DNA of 32,000 bases from an uncultured bacterium (GTDB lineage Bacteria > Auribacterota > JACPWU01), in assembly GCA_964640155.1 (NCBI GenBank), contig CAZXEQ010000005.1, forward strand, positions 120,001-152,000, in the 5' to 3' direction. Position 1 is the first letter of the stretch. Every line of letters starts with the position of its first letter. A program made the position numbers and the translations under genes. The notes below the pieces were generated by a model. The model saw nothing but the letters and a program-made list of their open reading frames with translations. It was not told the DNA's origin and made no database searches. Shown in pieces: positions 31,984 to 32,000 of the stretch.

Positions 31984-32000
31984 CTTCTCGACATGATTTC

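Noticed and set aside
1-32000. Looked for tRNA/rRNA genes, CRISPR arrays, transposase or integrase genes, toxin-antitoxin pairs and known defence-system signatures
   Set aside because: No spacer is long enough or has tRNA-like conserved arms. No short direct-repeat/spacer array exists. No ORF shows DDE, tyrosine-recombinase, nuclease-NTPase or small paired-ORF signatures. Absence is judged by eye only.

Overview
This is an AT-rich, tightly packed bacterial chromosomal segment with about 30 genes. Convergent gene pairs are separated by only 0-19 nt. I saw no rRNA, tRNA, CRISPR array, transposase or phage genes. All calls rest on reading motifs by eye in the supplied translations and the DNA; no database search was possible. 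The left half is housekeeping and transport: a 5'-truncated MFS transporter, HIT protein, xth, a disrupted SDR/NmrA-like pseudogene, a CoA-binding protein, a GGQ/RF-1 rescue-factor-like protein, a divergent ArsR-SulP pair, hemW, SUI1, fxsA, a PIG-V-like GT-C glycosyltransferase, orn, an AI-2E permease, glgP and bioB. The most notable block is a seven-gene minus-strand operon (16411-23567). It encodes a PepM-nucleotidyltransferase fusion, a split phosphonopyruvate decarboxylase, an AEP-type aminotransferase, a nucleotidyltransferase fused to a CDP-alcohol phosphotransferase, an MprF-flippase-like membrane protein and a HAD phosphatase. I read this as a candidate pathway for making, activating and transferring 2-aminoethylphosphonate onto a lipid. 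Its PepM carries a non-canonical version of the diagnostic active-site motif. Downstream lie tpx and a bactofilin pair; the second bactofilin carries five exact 49-aa zinc-ribbon repeats. Then come mgtE and a 1454-aa multidomain protein with a possible HExxH site, an arginine-less histidine-phosphatase domain and a SAM methyltransferase domain. Among non-coding features, a 126-nt GC-rich palindromic element occurs twice (9719-9844 and 23601-23726) with one compensatory stem change. Several spacers also hold short-period (7-8 nt) word arrays arranged as inverted repeats. Taxonomy cannot be assigned from this window.
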